Origin: Blastocatellia bacterium
Lineage (GTDB): Bacteria > Acidobacteriota > Blastocatellia > UBA7656 > JADIYM01
NCBI GenBank assembly: GCA_044224215.1
Contig: JBGAKX010000002.1
Span: 10,759-74,758, forward strand
Direction: 5' to 3'
Length of the DNA: 64,000 nucleotides
This document shows, piece after piece, positions 28,349 through 37,968 of the stretch. The translations under genes were made by a program, and so were the position numbers. Numbering within the stretch: the first letter of the stretch is position 1; each line of letters opens with the position of its first letter. The notes beneath the pieces are model-generated. The model was given only the letters and a program-made list of their open reading frames with translations, was not told where the DNA came from and made no database searches.

Positions 28349-28783
28349 GTGAAGGAACACCTGAATCCTGCCGATCTTCCGAACTGGAGTGAATCGTTCT
28401 CTCAGATCGTCGTGGTGCGGACCGGTACGATCCAAACGATCTACCTCTCGGGTCAAGTGTCCGTCGATGCGGACAACAACGTCGTGGGGCACGGCGACCT
28501 TGGAGGACAGACCCGGATGGCGCTCGAGAACCTCGTGAGGGCCCTTGCAGCCGCAGGCGCAACGGTGGCCGACGTCGTCCGGTTGGGCATCTACGTGAAG
28601 GATTACACCCGGGATCAATCCGCGATAATAGGTTCGGCGCTGCGCGACGTATTCGCCCCGGGACACATGCCTGCCAGCACGTGGCTTGGGGTTTCGTCGC
28701 TTGCACTCGACGAACTCCTCATCGAGATCGAGGCGACGGCGGTGGTCGACGACGAGCCTGTGAAACCCGCGACTGAACGATGA
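28349..28783 (+). CDS. RidA/YjgF-family protein
   Basis: TIYLSGQVSVD...GATVADVVRLGIYVKD. It lies 20 nt after the amidase stop and is probably in an operon with it. Confidence 0.8.
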   Translation: MKEHLNPADLPNWSESFSQIVVVRTGTIQTIYLSGQVSVDADNNVVGHGDLGGQTRMALENLVRALAAAGATVADVVRLGIYVKDYTRDQSAIIGSALRDVFAPGHMPASTWLGVSSLALDELLIEIEATAVVDDEPVKPATER

Positions 28784-28978
28784 GTCCCGGCACGTTGTCC
28801 CGGTGCGCATGCAGGCGTTCGGCGCGACGGCTCAACCGTGATTGAATCGAAGTGCGCTTCGTTGGCTGGCAGGCTCGTTCAACTGCACGACCGCGTGCCA
28901 ACCTGACCGGTGTAACCGCCACGTGGACCGCATCCGTTGACTCCGCCTGAGCAAAGGCTTGCTATACTCCCTCCGCGC

Positions 28979-29527
28979 ATGCAGACGGTATCGCCACCCC
29001 GTGCCCTCCCAGAACGTTGGTCCAGCGCGCTCGTGCGGCACTCGACCGCTGTCGAATCCTACTGCTCGACGGCGCGGAGCATAGACGAAACGACCTGGAA
29101 CGCGCCGATTGCTGACGGCAAGTGGTCCCCCGCCGAGATCACCGAGCACCTCAACCGCACGTACGACGTCACCCTGGACCAGTTAAACGGCGGTCAGGGA
29201 ATTCGCGTGCGCACCAATTGGTTCGTGCGTTCGATGCTCAGGGCGACCGCGCTGCGTTGGATCTTTCGAATGCGGGCCTTGCCTCGGGGCGCAAAGGCGC
29301 CACGCGAAGTCAAACCTGATTGCGTTGTCGATTCGCGCGTCGACGCCATAGCGCGGATGGTTCTGCTTTCATCCCGGTTTGAGAACCTCGTCGCGGAACG
29401 CCACCGAGATGCGGGGCTCAAGCTCACGCACCACATCTTTGGCGAGATCGACCTCCTGCGCGCGATCGACTTCGTGGCGATTCACATCGAGCACCATCAC
29501 CGCCAGATCGAGGCCGTGGCAGGGTAG
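28979..29527 (+). CDS. DinB-family (DinB_2-like) protein
   Basis: WSPAEITEHLNRTYD...ERHRDAGLKLTHHIFGEIDLLRAIDFVAIHIEHHHRQIEAV. Confidence 0.6.
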   Translation: MQTVSPPRALPERWSSALVRHSTAVESYCSTARSIDETTWNAPIADGKWSPAEITEHLNRTYDVTLDQLNGGQGIRVRTNWFVRSMLRATALRWIFRMRALPRGAKAPREVKPDCVVDSRVDAIARMVLLSSRFENLVAERHRDAGLKLTHHIFGEIDLLRAIDFVAIHIEHHHRQIEAVAG

Positions 29528-29552
29528 CGACGTGACGTATCGTGACGGAACG

Positions 29553-30290
29553 ATGAAGGAGCTCGGACACGTCAGCGACCTTGTGCGGTATCCCGTCAAG
29601 TCGATGGCAGGTACCGCAACGGAGTCCGCATTTCTCGGGTGGCACGGTTTCGTTGGTGACCGGCGCTTCGCCTTTCGGCGCCTGGGAGATGACAGTGGAT
29701 TCCCGTGGCTCTCCGCGACCCGCGTTGCCGAACTTCTGCTGTACCACCCGGTGGGCGTCGACGAGAGTTCGGGCGAGCCCCTGCCAACGCACGTCCGCTC
29801 ACCCGCAGGAGCGCACCTGGAGCTTCGCAGCGAGGAGCTTCAGAACGAGATCGCCGAGCGCCTCGGCAGCGGCGTCGAATTGATGAAACTCAAGCACGGG
29901 ATATTCGACGATGCACCGGTGTCCGTGATCAGCCTTGCGACCATTGCCGGCATCGGCGTCGAGGTCGGCGCGGACCTCGATCGAAGGCGCTTCCGGGCAA
30001 ACATAGTGCTCGATACGCTCGACCGCGAGCCGTTTCTCGAGGATGGCTGGATTGGCGGGACGCTTGTCTTCGGCAACGGCGAGCCTCGACCGGCCGTGCG
30101 CGTGACGGTGCGCGACGTGCGTTGCATGATGATCAACCTCGATCCGGACACGGTCGCACAGGACGCGCGCATTCAGAAGACTGTCGTCCGGCTGAACAAG
30201 AACAACGCCGGCGTGTACGGGACGGTTGTGCAAACCGGCACGGTTTGCGTTGGCGACCCGGTGAGCCTTGTGCTCGACGCGCATCGCTGA
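29553..30290 (+). CDS. MOSC-domain protein (MOSC N-terminal beta-barrel + MOSC)
   Basis: VSDLVRYPVKSMAG...DRRFAF...FDDAPVSVISLATIAGI... and a conserved Cys near the C-terminus. Confidence 0.75.
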   Translation: MKELGHVSDLVRYPVKSMAGTATESAFLGWHGFVGDRRFAFRRLGDDSGFPWLSATRVAELLLYHPVGVDESSGEPLPTHVRSPAGAHLELRSEELQNEIAERLGSGVELMKLKHGIFDDAPVSVISLATIAGIGVEVGADLDRRRFRANIVLDTLDREPFLEDGWIGGTLVFGNGEPRPAVRVTVRDVRCMMINLDPDTVAQDARIQKTVVRLNKNNAGVYGTVVQTGTVCVGDPVSLVLDAHR

Positions 30291-30384
30291 AGGCACGTTT
30301 CGGGCTTGTCGCGCCGCCGAGTCCCTCCTCGAGACGCACCGGTTGACACCGAACGCGCGCGTGCGCGCGTCGCGGCGCCGCTCG

Positions 30385-30576
30385 TCAGACGCGTACGGTT
30401 CCCGCTGTCGCCTCGAACCTCTGCTTCACGGACTCGATCAGCTCGATACGGCGCTTCAACAACGCCTTGTAGTCACGACTATCCGTGTGGTGAAGGCCGT
30501 GCAGTGCCCGCTTGAGCTCTTCGTCGAGGATCTCTACCAGGAGCTCTCTCTCTTCATTTGACACGTCCGTCATCAT
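30385..30576 (-). CDS. small hypothetical protein (63 aa)
   Basis: An AAGGAGG RBS lies 6 nt upstream on the - strand. It sits in a lower-GC pocket. The sequence MMTDVSNEERELLVEILDEELKRALHGL is charged and probably helical. Confidence 0.45.
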   Translation of the reverse strand: MMTDVSNEERELLVEILDEELKRALHGLHHTDSRDYKALLKRRIELIESVKQRFEATAGTVRV

Positions 30577-30681
30577 GGCCTGGACCTCCTTTCGTGGTCG
30601 CGCGGCGCGTCAACTTCCATCCATCTTGAGAATACAACCCTGCGAGTTGCCGTGCCAGCCGTGCCGCAGTGCGGCGCGAGG

Positions 30682-31659
30682 TCAGGTGTCGCCGTGATGC
30701 TCGACGGTTATGACGATCTTTCCTCGGGCATGCTCTTCCAGGACATAGCGGACAGCCTCGGCCACGTCGCTCAACGGATAACGTCTGTCAATGACGGGCG
30801 CGAGCTTGCCGGAAGCGACAAGCTCCCCCAGGATGTCCAGGTCCGAACTGGTCACCTTGGCCATGACGAAGCGCATCTTCTTGCTCCCGATCACCGAGAG
30901 GAACGGTCCGAGGAGCATCCCCTGGAGCATCTGGGCCCCGCCGCCCCCTGCTATGACATAGATTCCATCCGGGTTCAGCGACCGCCTGTAGTCAAAGATC
31001 GAGTGGTACGCGTTTGCTGCAAGGATAAGGTCGTACCGTTGCCCGCTTTGCGTGAAGTCCTCCCGCGTGTAGTCGATCACATGGTCTGCGCCGATCGATC
31101 GCGCCGTCTCGACGTTCCTCGTGCTGCACACGGCGGTGACGTCGGCCCCGGACGCCCTGGCGATCTGCACCGCAAACGTGCCCACGCCACCCGACGCGCC
31201 GTCGACCAGAACATGCTGGCCACCCTTGATGTGCGCGACGTCGCGAAGAGCCTGGAGCGCGGTGAGTCCGGCCACCGGAGTCGCGGCCGCATCGTCGAAA
31301 GACACGCCGGCAGGCTTCATCGCGAGCTTGTCTTCGCGGGCACATCCGTACTCGGCAAACGATCCTCGACACGCACCGAACACCATGTCGCCGGGTTTGA
31401 ACCGCGTCACGCTGGCGCCGATTGCCTCCACCTCGCCTGAAACGTCGACGCCCAGTCTCGTCACCTTCGGTCGGCGCAGTCCCCCGGTAAACAGGCGGGC
31501 AAACAAGGGCTTTCCAGCCACCATGCGCCAGTCGAGCGCGTTGATGGATGCCGCGCGAATTCGTATCAGGACCTCGTCGTCCTTCGGGGCAGGTTTTGGT
31601 ACCTCCACGAGTCTGAGGACGTCCGGCGGTCCGTATTCCGTGTATTCGATCGCTCTCAT
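30682..31659 (-). CDS. NAD(P)H:quinone oxidoreductase / zinc-type alcohol dehydrogenase-like (MDR family)
   Basis: MRAIEYTEYGPPDVLRLVEVPKP...VLVDGASGGVGTFAVQIARASGA is the Rossmann GxGxxG of the QOR subfamily. Confidence 0.85.
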   Translation of the reverse strand: MRAIEYTEYGPPDVLRLVEVPKPAPKDDEVLIRIRAASINALDWRMVAGKPLFARLFTGGLRRPKVTRLGVDVSGEVEAIGASVTRFKPGDMVFGACRGSFAEYGCAREDKLAMKPAGVSFDDAAATPVAGLTALQALRDVAHIKGGQHVLVDGASGGVGTFAVQIARASGADVTAVCSTRNVETARSIGADHVIDYTREDFTQSGQRYDLILAANAYHSIFDYRRSLNPDGIYVIAGGGGAQMLQGMLLGPFLSVIGSKKMRFVMAKVTSSDLDILGELVASGKLAPVIDRRYPLSDVAEAVRYVLEEHARGKIVITVEHHGDT

Positions 31660-31923
31660 CGAAGATCCGCGAGCGCTCGCTCGATCCAGGAAGGGTTCGG
31701 GCGCGAGAGGTCCGGAAAGGTCTCGACTCGCGCAAGCATGCAGACCACAAGTCAAACAGGGCCTTTAGTTTATCATGACTCGAGCGGGCCGGGACCGCGG
31801 GTTGTGAGACGCGCGCTGGCCTGGTTCGAGCCATTTGAAACCGATCCGCTACTCGGCCTCGCGCCCGCACAACCAACCCGTTCCGCGCTTGTTTCCTGAG
31901 AGCACTCGGGCCACCCTAGAGCA

Positions 31924-32427
31924 ATGCTTCGCGAGTACATTTGCAGACTGCTTATCTTGGCTGCCTGCGCGACGGCCTTTGCATCCGCCGTCGCGGCGAG
32001 CGCTCCACGTGCGACAACGGAGCCCGCACGTCAGTCGACGACTGGCTTTGTGCTGGGAACGTGGACCGGAACATCGACGTGCGTTGGGGTCCGTCCGGCG
32101 TGCAAGAACGAGACGGTGGTCTATCGGTTCGTTGCGATCGACGGTCATCCGCATCAGGTACGCCTGCTCGCCGACAAGATCATCGACGGCAAACGGGTCG
32201 CGATGGGCGCGCTCGTTCTCGACGTCGATGAAAAGGCCGGAACGCTACGCGGCGAATTCGTCCGCGGACACACGCACGGCGTGTGGTCCTACTCGGTCGA
32301 GGGCGACTCCATGAAGGGCACGCTGGTGATACTGCCGGAAGGAACCGTCGGGCGCGACGTCAAGGCACGCCGCGCGAAGGACGACGAGGTACCCGCAGCA
32401 CCGCCGCTCAGTGACTATGACGAGTGA
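31924..32427 (+). CDS. secreted hypothetical protein
   Basis: Signal peptide is MLREYICRLLILAACATAFASAVAA. GC3 is high. Confidence 0.5.
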   Translation: MLREYICRLLILAACATAFASAVAASAPRATTEPARQSTTGFVLGTWTGTSTCVGVRPACKNETVVYRFVAIDGHPHQVRLLADKIIDGKRVAMGALVLDVDEKAGTLRGEFVRGHTHGVWSYSVEGDSMKGTLVILPEGTVGRDVKARRAKDDEVPAAPPLSDYDE

Positions 32428-32436
32428 TCCTCACCG

Positions 32437-32862
32437 ATGTATGCACTCGCTCTGACGACCACCGTCGTTCTGGCGTGCCTGTCGCTGCTCCACGTCTACT
32501 GGGCAGCCGGCGGTGTCGCCGGCATCGATTCGGTCATACCGACGGTCGACGGGAAGCGGACGCTCGATCCGTCGCCTCTCGCGTCGGTCGTCGTGGCGAC
32601 CGCGCTCGCCGTTGCCGCAGCAGTTGTGTTCGCCTCGACGGGAACGCTCCGATCCGTCGCGCCGATGTGGTTCGTTCGAGTTGGGCTCGTCGTGCTTGCG
32701 ATGGTGTTTCTCGCCAGGGCGATCGGTGACTTTCGGATCATCGGGTTCACAAAGCGAATTCGGGACACGCGATTCGCCCGAATGGACTACCTGGTGTTCT
32801 CGCCGCTGTGCGCGAGTCTTTCCATCGCCTGCGGAACGTTGGCGGTGTACGGCACGCCATAA
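32437..32862 (+). CDS. DUF3995-like membrane protein
   Basis: LHVYWAAGG is the motif. There are four TM helices. Confidence 0.6.
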   Translation: MYALALTTTVVLACLSLLHVYWAAGGVAGIDSVIPTVDGKRTLDPSPLASVVVATALAVAAAVVFASTGTLRSVAPMWFVRVGLVVLAMVFLARAIGDFRIIGFTKRIRDTRFARMDYLVFSPLCASLSIACGTLAVYGTP

Positions 32863-32920
32863 CCTGTTTCGGAACTGTGGTTGCCGGAAACGTCGACAAC
32901 TGGGCCATATGTCCGAAGCC

Positions 32921-32992
32921 CACGTTGAACGGGTTGGCAGGTTGTCGTATCGATGCTTGCGCGCGCCACTTGATACTGGTCGTTGGGCGGCG
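32921..32992 (+). repeat. attC-like repeat, diverged
   Basis: GTTGAACGGGTTGGCAGGTTGTCGTATCGATGCTTGCGCGCGCCACTTGATACTGGTCGTTGGGCGGCG ends with a GTTGGGC core. Confidence 0.4.
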
Positions 32993-33007
32993 TAGGAATC
33001 TGCACGT

Positions 33008-33328
33008 ATGGCATTCGGATTCCCCGCACGCTTTGCACGGAGCCACTCCTATCGACTCGGCGAAGCCGAACTGCTCGAGGTTGCGAAGGCCGCGCTCACG
33101 AATCTGGACTGGCCTTACGAGGCGCGGTCAGGAACGGAAGTCCGCGCCCGCCCAGCGCGAGACGCCAGGTCGTGGGGCGAAGAGATGCGGGTTGCGATAC
33201 TTCCGGGCGGCGTGATGCGTGCCGAGAGTCGGTGTGCCGGCGTGCGCTTCCAGATCTTTGACTTTGGAAAGAACAGGAGCAATGTCGACGCCTTCTTCGC
33301 ACGGGTCGACGGGCTGATCGGTTTGTAG
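33008..33328 (+). CDS. hypothetical protein (106 aa)
   Basis: GC3 is moderate. No recognisable domain. Confidence 0.3.
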   Translation: MAFGFPARFARSHSYRLGEAELLEVAKAALTNLDWPYEARSGTEVRARPARDARSWGEEMRVAILPGGVMRAESRCAGVRFQIFDFGKNRSNVDAFFARVDGLIGL

Positions 33329-33397
33329 GAGCGACTGACAGACCGGGAGCTCTTGCGCGTTCATCCAGAGCCGTCACATGCATACGAGGATCGCATC

Positions 33398-34099
33398 ATG
33401 ACACGACACATCGGAATCGTCGGGTGCTCGGCAGAGGGGGCTTCCCTGTGCTATCGAACGATCTGTGCCGAGGGCGCACGAGTCCTTGGTCCCCACGCCC
33501 ATCCGGAGGTGTCCATGCATACTCCGTCATTCAGGGAGTATGTCGACTGTCTCGATCGAGACGACCTCCAGGGTGTTGCCGAGCTGATGCTCGAGTCGGC
33601 GCGAAAGCTGGCTGCAATCGGCGCCGACTTCCTGATCTGCCCGGACAACACGATCCACTCGGCGTTCGGCCTTGTCGAGCCGCGTTCGCCGCGCCCGTGG
33701 CTGCACATCGCGGCGGTCGTGGCCGATGAGGCGGTCTCGCGCGGGTACAGGCACGTGGGCATCACGGGGACCGAGTGGCTCGTAAACAGCTCCGTCTACC
33801 CGGAGCAGCTCACGGCCAGGGGACTCGAGTACACGCGTCCAGGCGAGGCCGAGCGGCGGGAAATCCACCGGATCATCATGGACGAGCTGGTCGCCGGAGT
33901 CTTCGCGCCGCGTTCGGTCGAGTACTTTCAGCACGTTATTCAGCAATTGGCCGGGAACGGCTGCGATTCGGTCGCCCTGGGCTGTACGGAGATCCCGCTC
34001 ATCATCAACGATCAGAATTCTCCGCTTCCCACGCTTGACAGCACGCGCCTTCTCGCCAGGGCGGCTCTCAAACGCGCGGTGGAAGGCGAGAGCGTATAG
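33398..34099 (+). CDS. Asp/Glu/hydantoin racemase family protein (aspartate racemase-like)
   Basis: MTRHIGIVGCSAEGASLCY...DSVALGCTEIPLII, with two conserved Cys. Confidence 0.75.
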   Translation: MTRHIGIVGCSAEGASLCYRTICAEGARVLGPHAHPEVSMHTPSFREYVDCLDRDDLQGVAELMLESARKLAAIGADFLICPDNTIHSAFGLVEPRSPRPWLHIAAVVADEAVSRGYRHVGITGTEWLVNSSVYPEQLTARGLEYTRPGEAERREIHRIIMDELVAGVFAPRSVEYFQHVIQQLAGNGCDSVALGCTEIPLIINDQNSPLPTLDSTRLLARAALKRAVEGESV

Positions 34100-34174
34100 T
34101 GACCGTGCATCGGCGATCGCACCGGTGCGCGCGTTGGATCATTACATTCGGCGACTGAATATGAGGCGACTCGC

Positions 34175-34711
34175 ATGACGGTCTCGGTCTTTGTCGGTAC
34201 AAGCGTGGATGGCTTTATCGCGCGGCGGAACGGTGATTTTGACTTCCTGCCCGAAGGCGGAGGCGAGCCCCACGGATACGACGAATTCATGGCAAGCGTC
34301 GATGCGCTTGTCATCGGCCGCATGACCTTTGAGAAGGTCGTGACGTTTGAGGCGTGGCCATATGGTGCAAAGCGCGTCGTGGTCCTGAGTAGTCGCCCGG
34401 TCGACCTCTCCGCGGCCCGAGGCGGCATTGTTGAGCAGATGGCCGGGCCCCCGGCCGAAATCGTGTCGCAACTCGCCGCTCGTGGGATGCACCACCTCTA
34501 CGTCGATGGCGGGGTCACGATTCAGCGATTCCTCAGCGCGGGGCTCGTTCAACGTCTGATCATCACGCGGGTACCTGTGCTCATTGGGGATGGAATTCCA
34601 CTCTTCGGTGCCCTTCCGCACGATGTTCGACTCCATCACATTGCGACGCGGCACTATCCGAGTGGTCTGGTCCAGAGCGAGTACCACGTCCTCGAGGGCC
34701 TTGGAATTTGA
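34175..34711 (+). CDS. dihydrofolate reductase-family protein (RibD_C)
   Basis: MTVSVFVGTSVDGFIARRNGDFDFL...RLIITRVPVLIGDGIPLF. Confidence 0.75.
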   Translation: MTVSVFVGTSVDGFIARRNGDFDFLPEGGGEPHGYDEFMASVDALVIGRMTFEKVVTFEAWPYGAKRVVVLSSRPVDLSAARGGIVEQMAGPPAEIVSQLAARGMHHLYVDGGVTIQRFLSAGLVQRLIITRVPVLIGDGIPLFGALPHDVRLHHIATRHYPSGLVQSEYHVLEGLGI

Positions 34712-34721
34712 GTGAAGCACC

Positions 34722-35084
34722 GTGAAGATCCTCGGACTCGACCACATACAAGTTGCCATTCCGCCGGACGGAGAAGATCGGGCGCGCCGTTTCTACGGCG
34801 GCGTCCTCGGACTCGCAGAAATCCCGAAGCCGCCCGACCTGGCAGTTCGCGGCGGCCTCTGGTTCGAATGTGGATCGCAGCAGCTTCATCTCGGCGTCGA
34901 GATGGACTTTCGGCCCGCGCGCAAGGCGCACCCGGCGCTGCTCGTCGACGGGCTCGTCGACCTGATGGGCACGCTTGCGGACGCAGGTTGCGTGGTGAAG
35001 CCCGGTGAGAGCCTTCGTGGCGTGCGCCGGTGCTTCGTCGACGATCCCTTTGGAAACCGCATCGAGTTGATGGAACACGAATAG
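34722..35084 (+). CDS. VOC/glyoxalase family protein
   Basis: A GTG start is used. ILGLDHIQVAIPPDGEDRARRFYGGVLGL...FVDDPFGNRIELME. Confidence 0.7.
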   Translation: MKILGLDHIQVAIPPDGEDRARRFYGGVLGLAEIPKPPDLAVRGGLWFECGSQQLHLGVEMDFRPARKAHPALLVDGLVDLMGTLADAGCVVKPGESLRGVRRCFVDDPFGNRIELMEHE

Positions 35085-35188
35085 ACAGGCGCAACTGCTG
35101 AATTCAGTCTCCCTGCGGCTGTTCGTCGTATGCGCTCCTTGCGTGAAGGCGGGCTCAGGCACAGACTTGAAGCAAGGGGGGAAGCGAG

Positions 35189-35386
35189 ATGAAGACATCA
35201 GCTCTTACACTTCCTGAGGTCTGGCTGATTGCCGCCACGCGCGGCATGCTGGGGGCGGGTATCGGCTTGCTTGTTGCGCATCGGTTGAGTGATCGAAAGC
35301 GACGGACGATCGGACGAACCCTGGTTGCAATCGGGGCGCTGACGACGATTCCACTGGTCGTCGACGTGCTGTCCAAGCGGCGATAG
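35189..35386 (+). CDS. small membrane protein (65 aa)
   Basis: A GGGGGGAAGCGAG RBS precedes it. Two hydrophobic stretches are present. Confidence 0.4.
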   Translation: MKTSALTLPEVWLIAATRGMLGAGIGLLVAHRLSDRKRRTIGRTLVAIGALTTIPLVVDVLSKRR

Positions 35387-35481
35387 GTTTGCAGCTGGCG
35401 TCACGGCACGACCGGTCGGGGCCGGACCGACGAGCGCTCGGCAACATCGGCCGATGAGCGCGCGCCCGTCACACAGTCGAC

Positions 35482-36003
35482 ATGCGAAAGATCTCGAGAC
35501 CATCTCCCGGTGAATATGCGCCGCAGGCGGAGGCGTACATCCAACTCGTTCCCCATACGGATCTCGTCCTCGAGTGCCTGCTCGATAGTCTTACGACAAC
35601 GCGGGACCTCGTGGCCGCTCTCTCGCCCGAACAGCTCGCATACCGGTACGCGCCCGGCAAATGGACCATCAAGCAGATCGTGGCGCATCTGTGTGACGAC
35701 GAACGAATCTACGTGTACCGGGCGCTGAGATTCGCTCGTGGCGATTCCACGCCGCTGCCCGGGTTCGATCAGGATCTCTTTGCCGAAATGTCGAACGCGG
35801 ACGAGCGCGACATCGGCGATCTCCTCGAAGAGCTCAGCAGGGTGCGCCTGGCATCGGTCTCGTTCTTCGACGGGCTCGCAGACGACGCGCTCTCGCGTCG
35901 GGGGACGGCGGACGGGTCCACCATGACGGTGGGCGCCATTGCCTATCACATTGCGGGGCACGAGCTGCGCCATCTGCAGGTTGTCAGGGAACGGTATCTG
36001 TAG
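35482..36003 (+). CDS. DinB/YfiT-family (DinB_2) protein
   Basis: WTIKQIVAHLCDDERIY...AYHIAGHELRHLQVVRE. Confidence 0.7.
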   Translation: MRKISRPSPGEYAPQAEAYIQLVPHTDLVLECLLDSLTTTRDLVAALSPEQLAYRYAPGKWTIKQIVAHLCDDERIYVYRALRFARGDSTPLPGFDQDLFAEMSNADERDIGDLLEELSRVRLASVSFFDGLADDALSRRGTADGSTMTVGAIAYHIAGHELRHLQVVRERYL

Positions 36004-36167
36004 CCGCGTTGCTCTGGGACGTGACGGTCGACGTGGCACGGGGCGGTTCCGATTTCGTGCATTGCGACCCGTGTGATGTGGGCGCGGGAGTCCCCTGGCG
36101 CCTCACGCACGGCGATCGCACGTCACGCGGCGCCGACGGTCGGCCTCGTCCTGTATCATCTGGCGCC

Positions 36168-36815
36168 ATGAAGCTCATATCGATCAACGTTGGACTGCCC
36201 CGCGAGATCGTCTGGCGCGACACAACCGTCACGACGGGGATCTTCAAGCAACCCGTCGAGGGACCGGTGATGGTGCGGACACTGAATCTCGATGGCGACC
36301 GGCAAGCCGATCTCTCAGTCCACGGCGGAGTCGACAAGGCAATTTACGCCTACCCGGGCGAGCACTATGGCTACTGGCGCGGCGAGCTGGAGAACACCGA
36401 GTTGCCGTGGGGGATGTTCGGCGAGAACTTCACCGTTGAGGGGTTGCACGAGGACTCGGTGTACATCGGGGACCGCTACGGCATTGGCGACGTCGAGGTG
36501 GCCGTCACACAACCGCGGCTGCCATGCTACAAGCTCGGCGCACGGTTCGGTCGTGCGGATTTCGTGAAGAGATTTCTCGCAAGTCGACGCACCGGCTTCT
36601 ACTTCTCAGTGAGGAAGGAAGGGCTCGCACAGGCCGGCGACGCAATACAACTCCTTGACCGGCCGCAAACACGAATCAGCGTGTCCGACATCACGCGAGT
36701 TTATGCATTCGAGAAGGACGATCTCGATACGATTCGGGAGGCGTTGCGTGTAGAGGCGCTCCCGGAGAGTTGGAGAAGCTACTTTCAGCATCAGCTCGAG
36801 AAGCGAGCCGGGTAG
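36168..36815 (+). CDS. MOSC-domain protein (YiiM-like)
   Basis: MKLISINVGLPREIVW...SVHGGVDKAIYAY...PRLPCYKLG. Confidence 0.75.
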   Translation: MKLISINVGLPREIVWRDTTVTTGIFKQPVEGPVMVRTLNLDGDRQADLSVHGGVDKAIYAYPGEHYGYWRGELENTELPWGMFGENFTVEGLHEDSVYIGDRYGIGDVEVAVTQPRLPCYKLGARFGRADFVKRFLASRRTGFYFSVRKEGLAQAGDAIQLLDRPQTRISVSDITRVYAFEKDDLDTIREALRVEALPESWRSYFQHQLEKRAG

Positions 36816-36943
36816 TCGCGTCGCGCGAGCCGGCATCGCGCGTCGCATCGAGTTGCTGGACCACACGTCGCACGAGCAGCGATGTCGCACGAACGACCGC
36901 GGATTTCGCTCGTGTCATTTTCGCGCTAGACTCGATTTCGATT

Positions 36944-37399
36944 ATGGATCTTCACGAACTGCTTCTCGAAAACCGCGCGCGTGCCGTCGACGAAGCGCTT
37001 GTCGGCCTGTCTCGCTCGGCGTTGCCGCACTACTCGGTTGAACGGACTGCACAGAACCGTGTCCGCCTCGAGCGGCTCTACGACCTGTGTCTCCAGTGCA
37101 TTGCGGACCGTTCCCTTACGCCGATATGCGACTATGCGCGCCAGGTCGCCGGCGAGCGACATCGGGAAGGCATCGATCTTCGTGAAGTTCACACGGCGTT
37201 CAATGTTCTGGAAGAGTCGATCTGGCGCCTCATCACCGCGAACATGCAGCCGCCCGAGGTGGTCAGGGCGTTGGGTCAGGCGAGCACCGTTCTGGGGGCG
37301 GGTAAGCAGGCCCTAGCCATCGAGTATGTGAATCTCGCCGGTCACCACGACCCTGGCCAGTCGCTCGACTTGACCGAGCTGTTCAAGGGCACGACGTAG
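36944..37399 (+). CDS. hypothetical protein (possibly RsbR-N-like sensor globin fold)
   Basis: GC3 is high. No confident family assignment. Confidence 0.4.
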   Translation: MDLHELLLENRARAVDEALVGLSRSALPHYSVERTAQNRVRLERLYDLCLQCIADRSLTPICDYARQVAGERHREGIDLREVHTAFNVLEESIWRLITANMQPPEVVRALGQASTVLGAGKQALAIEYVNLAGHHDPGQSLDLTELFKGTT

Positions 37400-37416
37400 T
37401 CACGGTTCTTTCGCTC

Positions 37417-37929
37417 ATGGGGATACCGGGCATGACCCGTACTCGCACAACGCGCGGAACGCTTCTCGCACTCGCAAGCATTTTATTTGCAGTACTTACG
37501 GCGGGTGGCCAGGTGGTTCCGGGGCAGTCCGGCTACACGATCGAGCCGGGCGAACCGTCCGACCTCCACGGCGTCAAGACGGTGTTCGTTGCCATCGTTG
37601 CGACCGACGTGGAGCGTGCACGTTTCACCCAGGCACTCGAAGCGCTCGACCTGACCGTCGTAGACGACCAGGACACGGCGGATGTCACGTTGCTGCTCGC
37701 TTCTCCGGTCACGAGCGTCGGCGGTGTGCCGGTCGCCTCGGGCAGCAGCACGTTGTCCAACGGCGCCGAGAACGCACCCCACATCACGGTCGCGATCATC
37801 CGTGCGGCGGGAAAGGACCACGGACGCATCGTGTACACGAGACGCTTCCCGGTCGGTGGCTCGGAGGCTCCACTGGCGAACCTGCTGGAGCGGTTTCGCG
37901 AAATCTACAAGAGCGCGAATCCCACGTAG
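37417..37929 (+). CDS. secreted hypothetical protein
   Basis: The signal-like N-terminus is TRGTLLALASILFAVLTAGGQ. Confidence 0.5.
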   Translation: MGIPGMTRTRTTRGTLLALASILFAVLTAGGQVVPGQSGYTIEPGEPSDLHGVKTVFVAIVATDVERARFTQALEALDLTVVDDQDTADVTLLLASPVTSVGGVPVASGSSTLSNGAENAPHITVAIIRAAGKDHGRIVYTRRFPVGGSEAPLANLLERFREIYKSANPT

Positions 37930-37968
37930 CGCCGGGTGCGATGCGGCGCACTGCGGGCGGCGCGCGTG

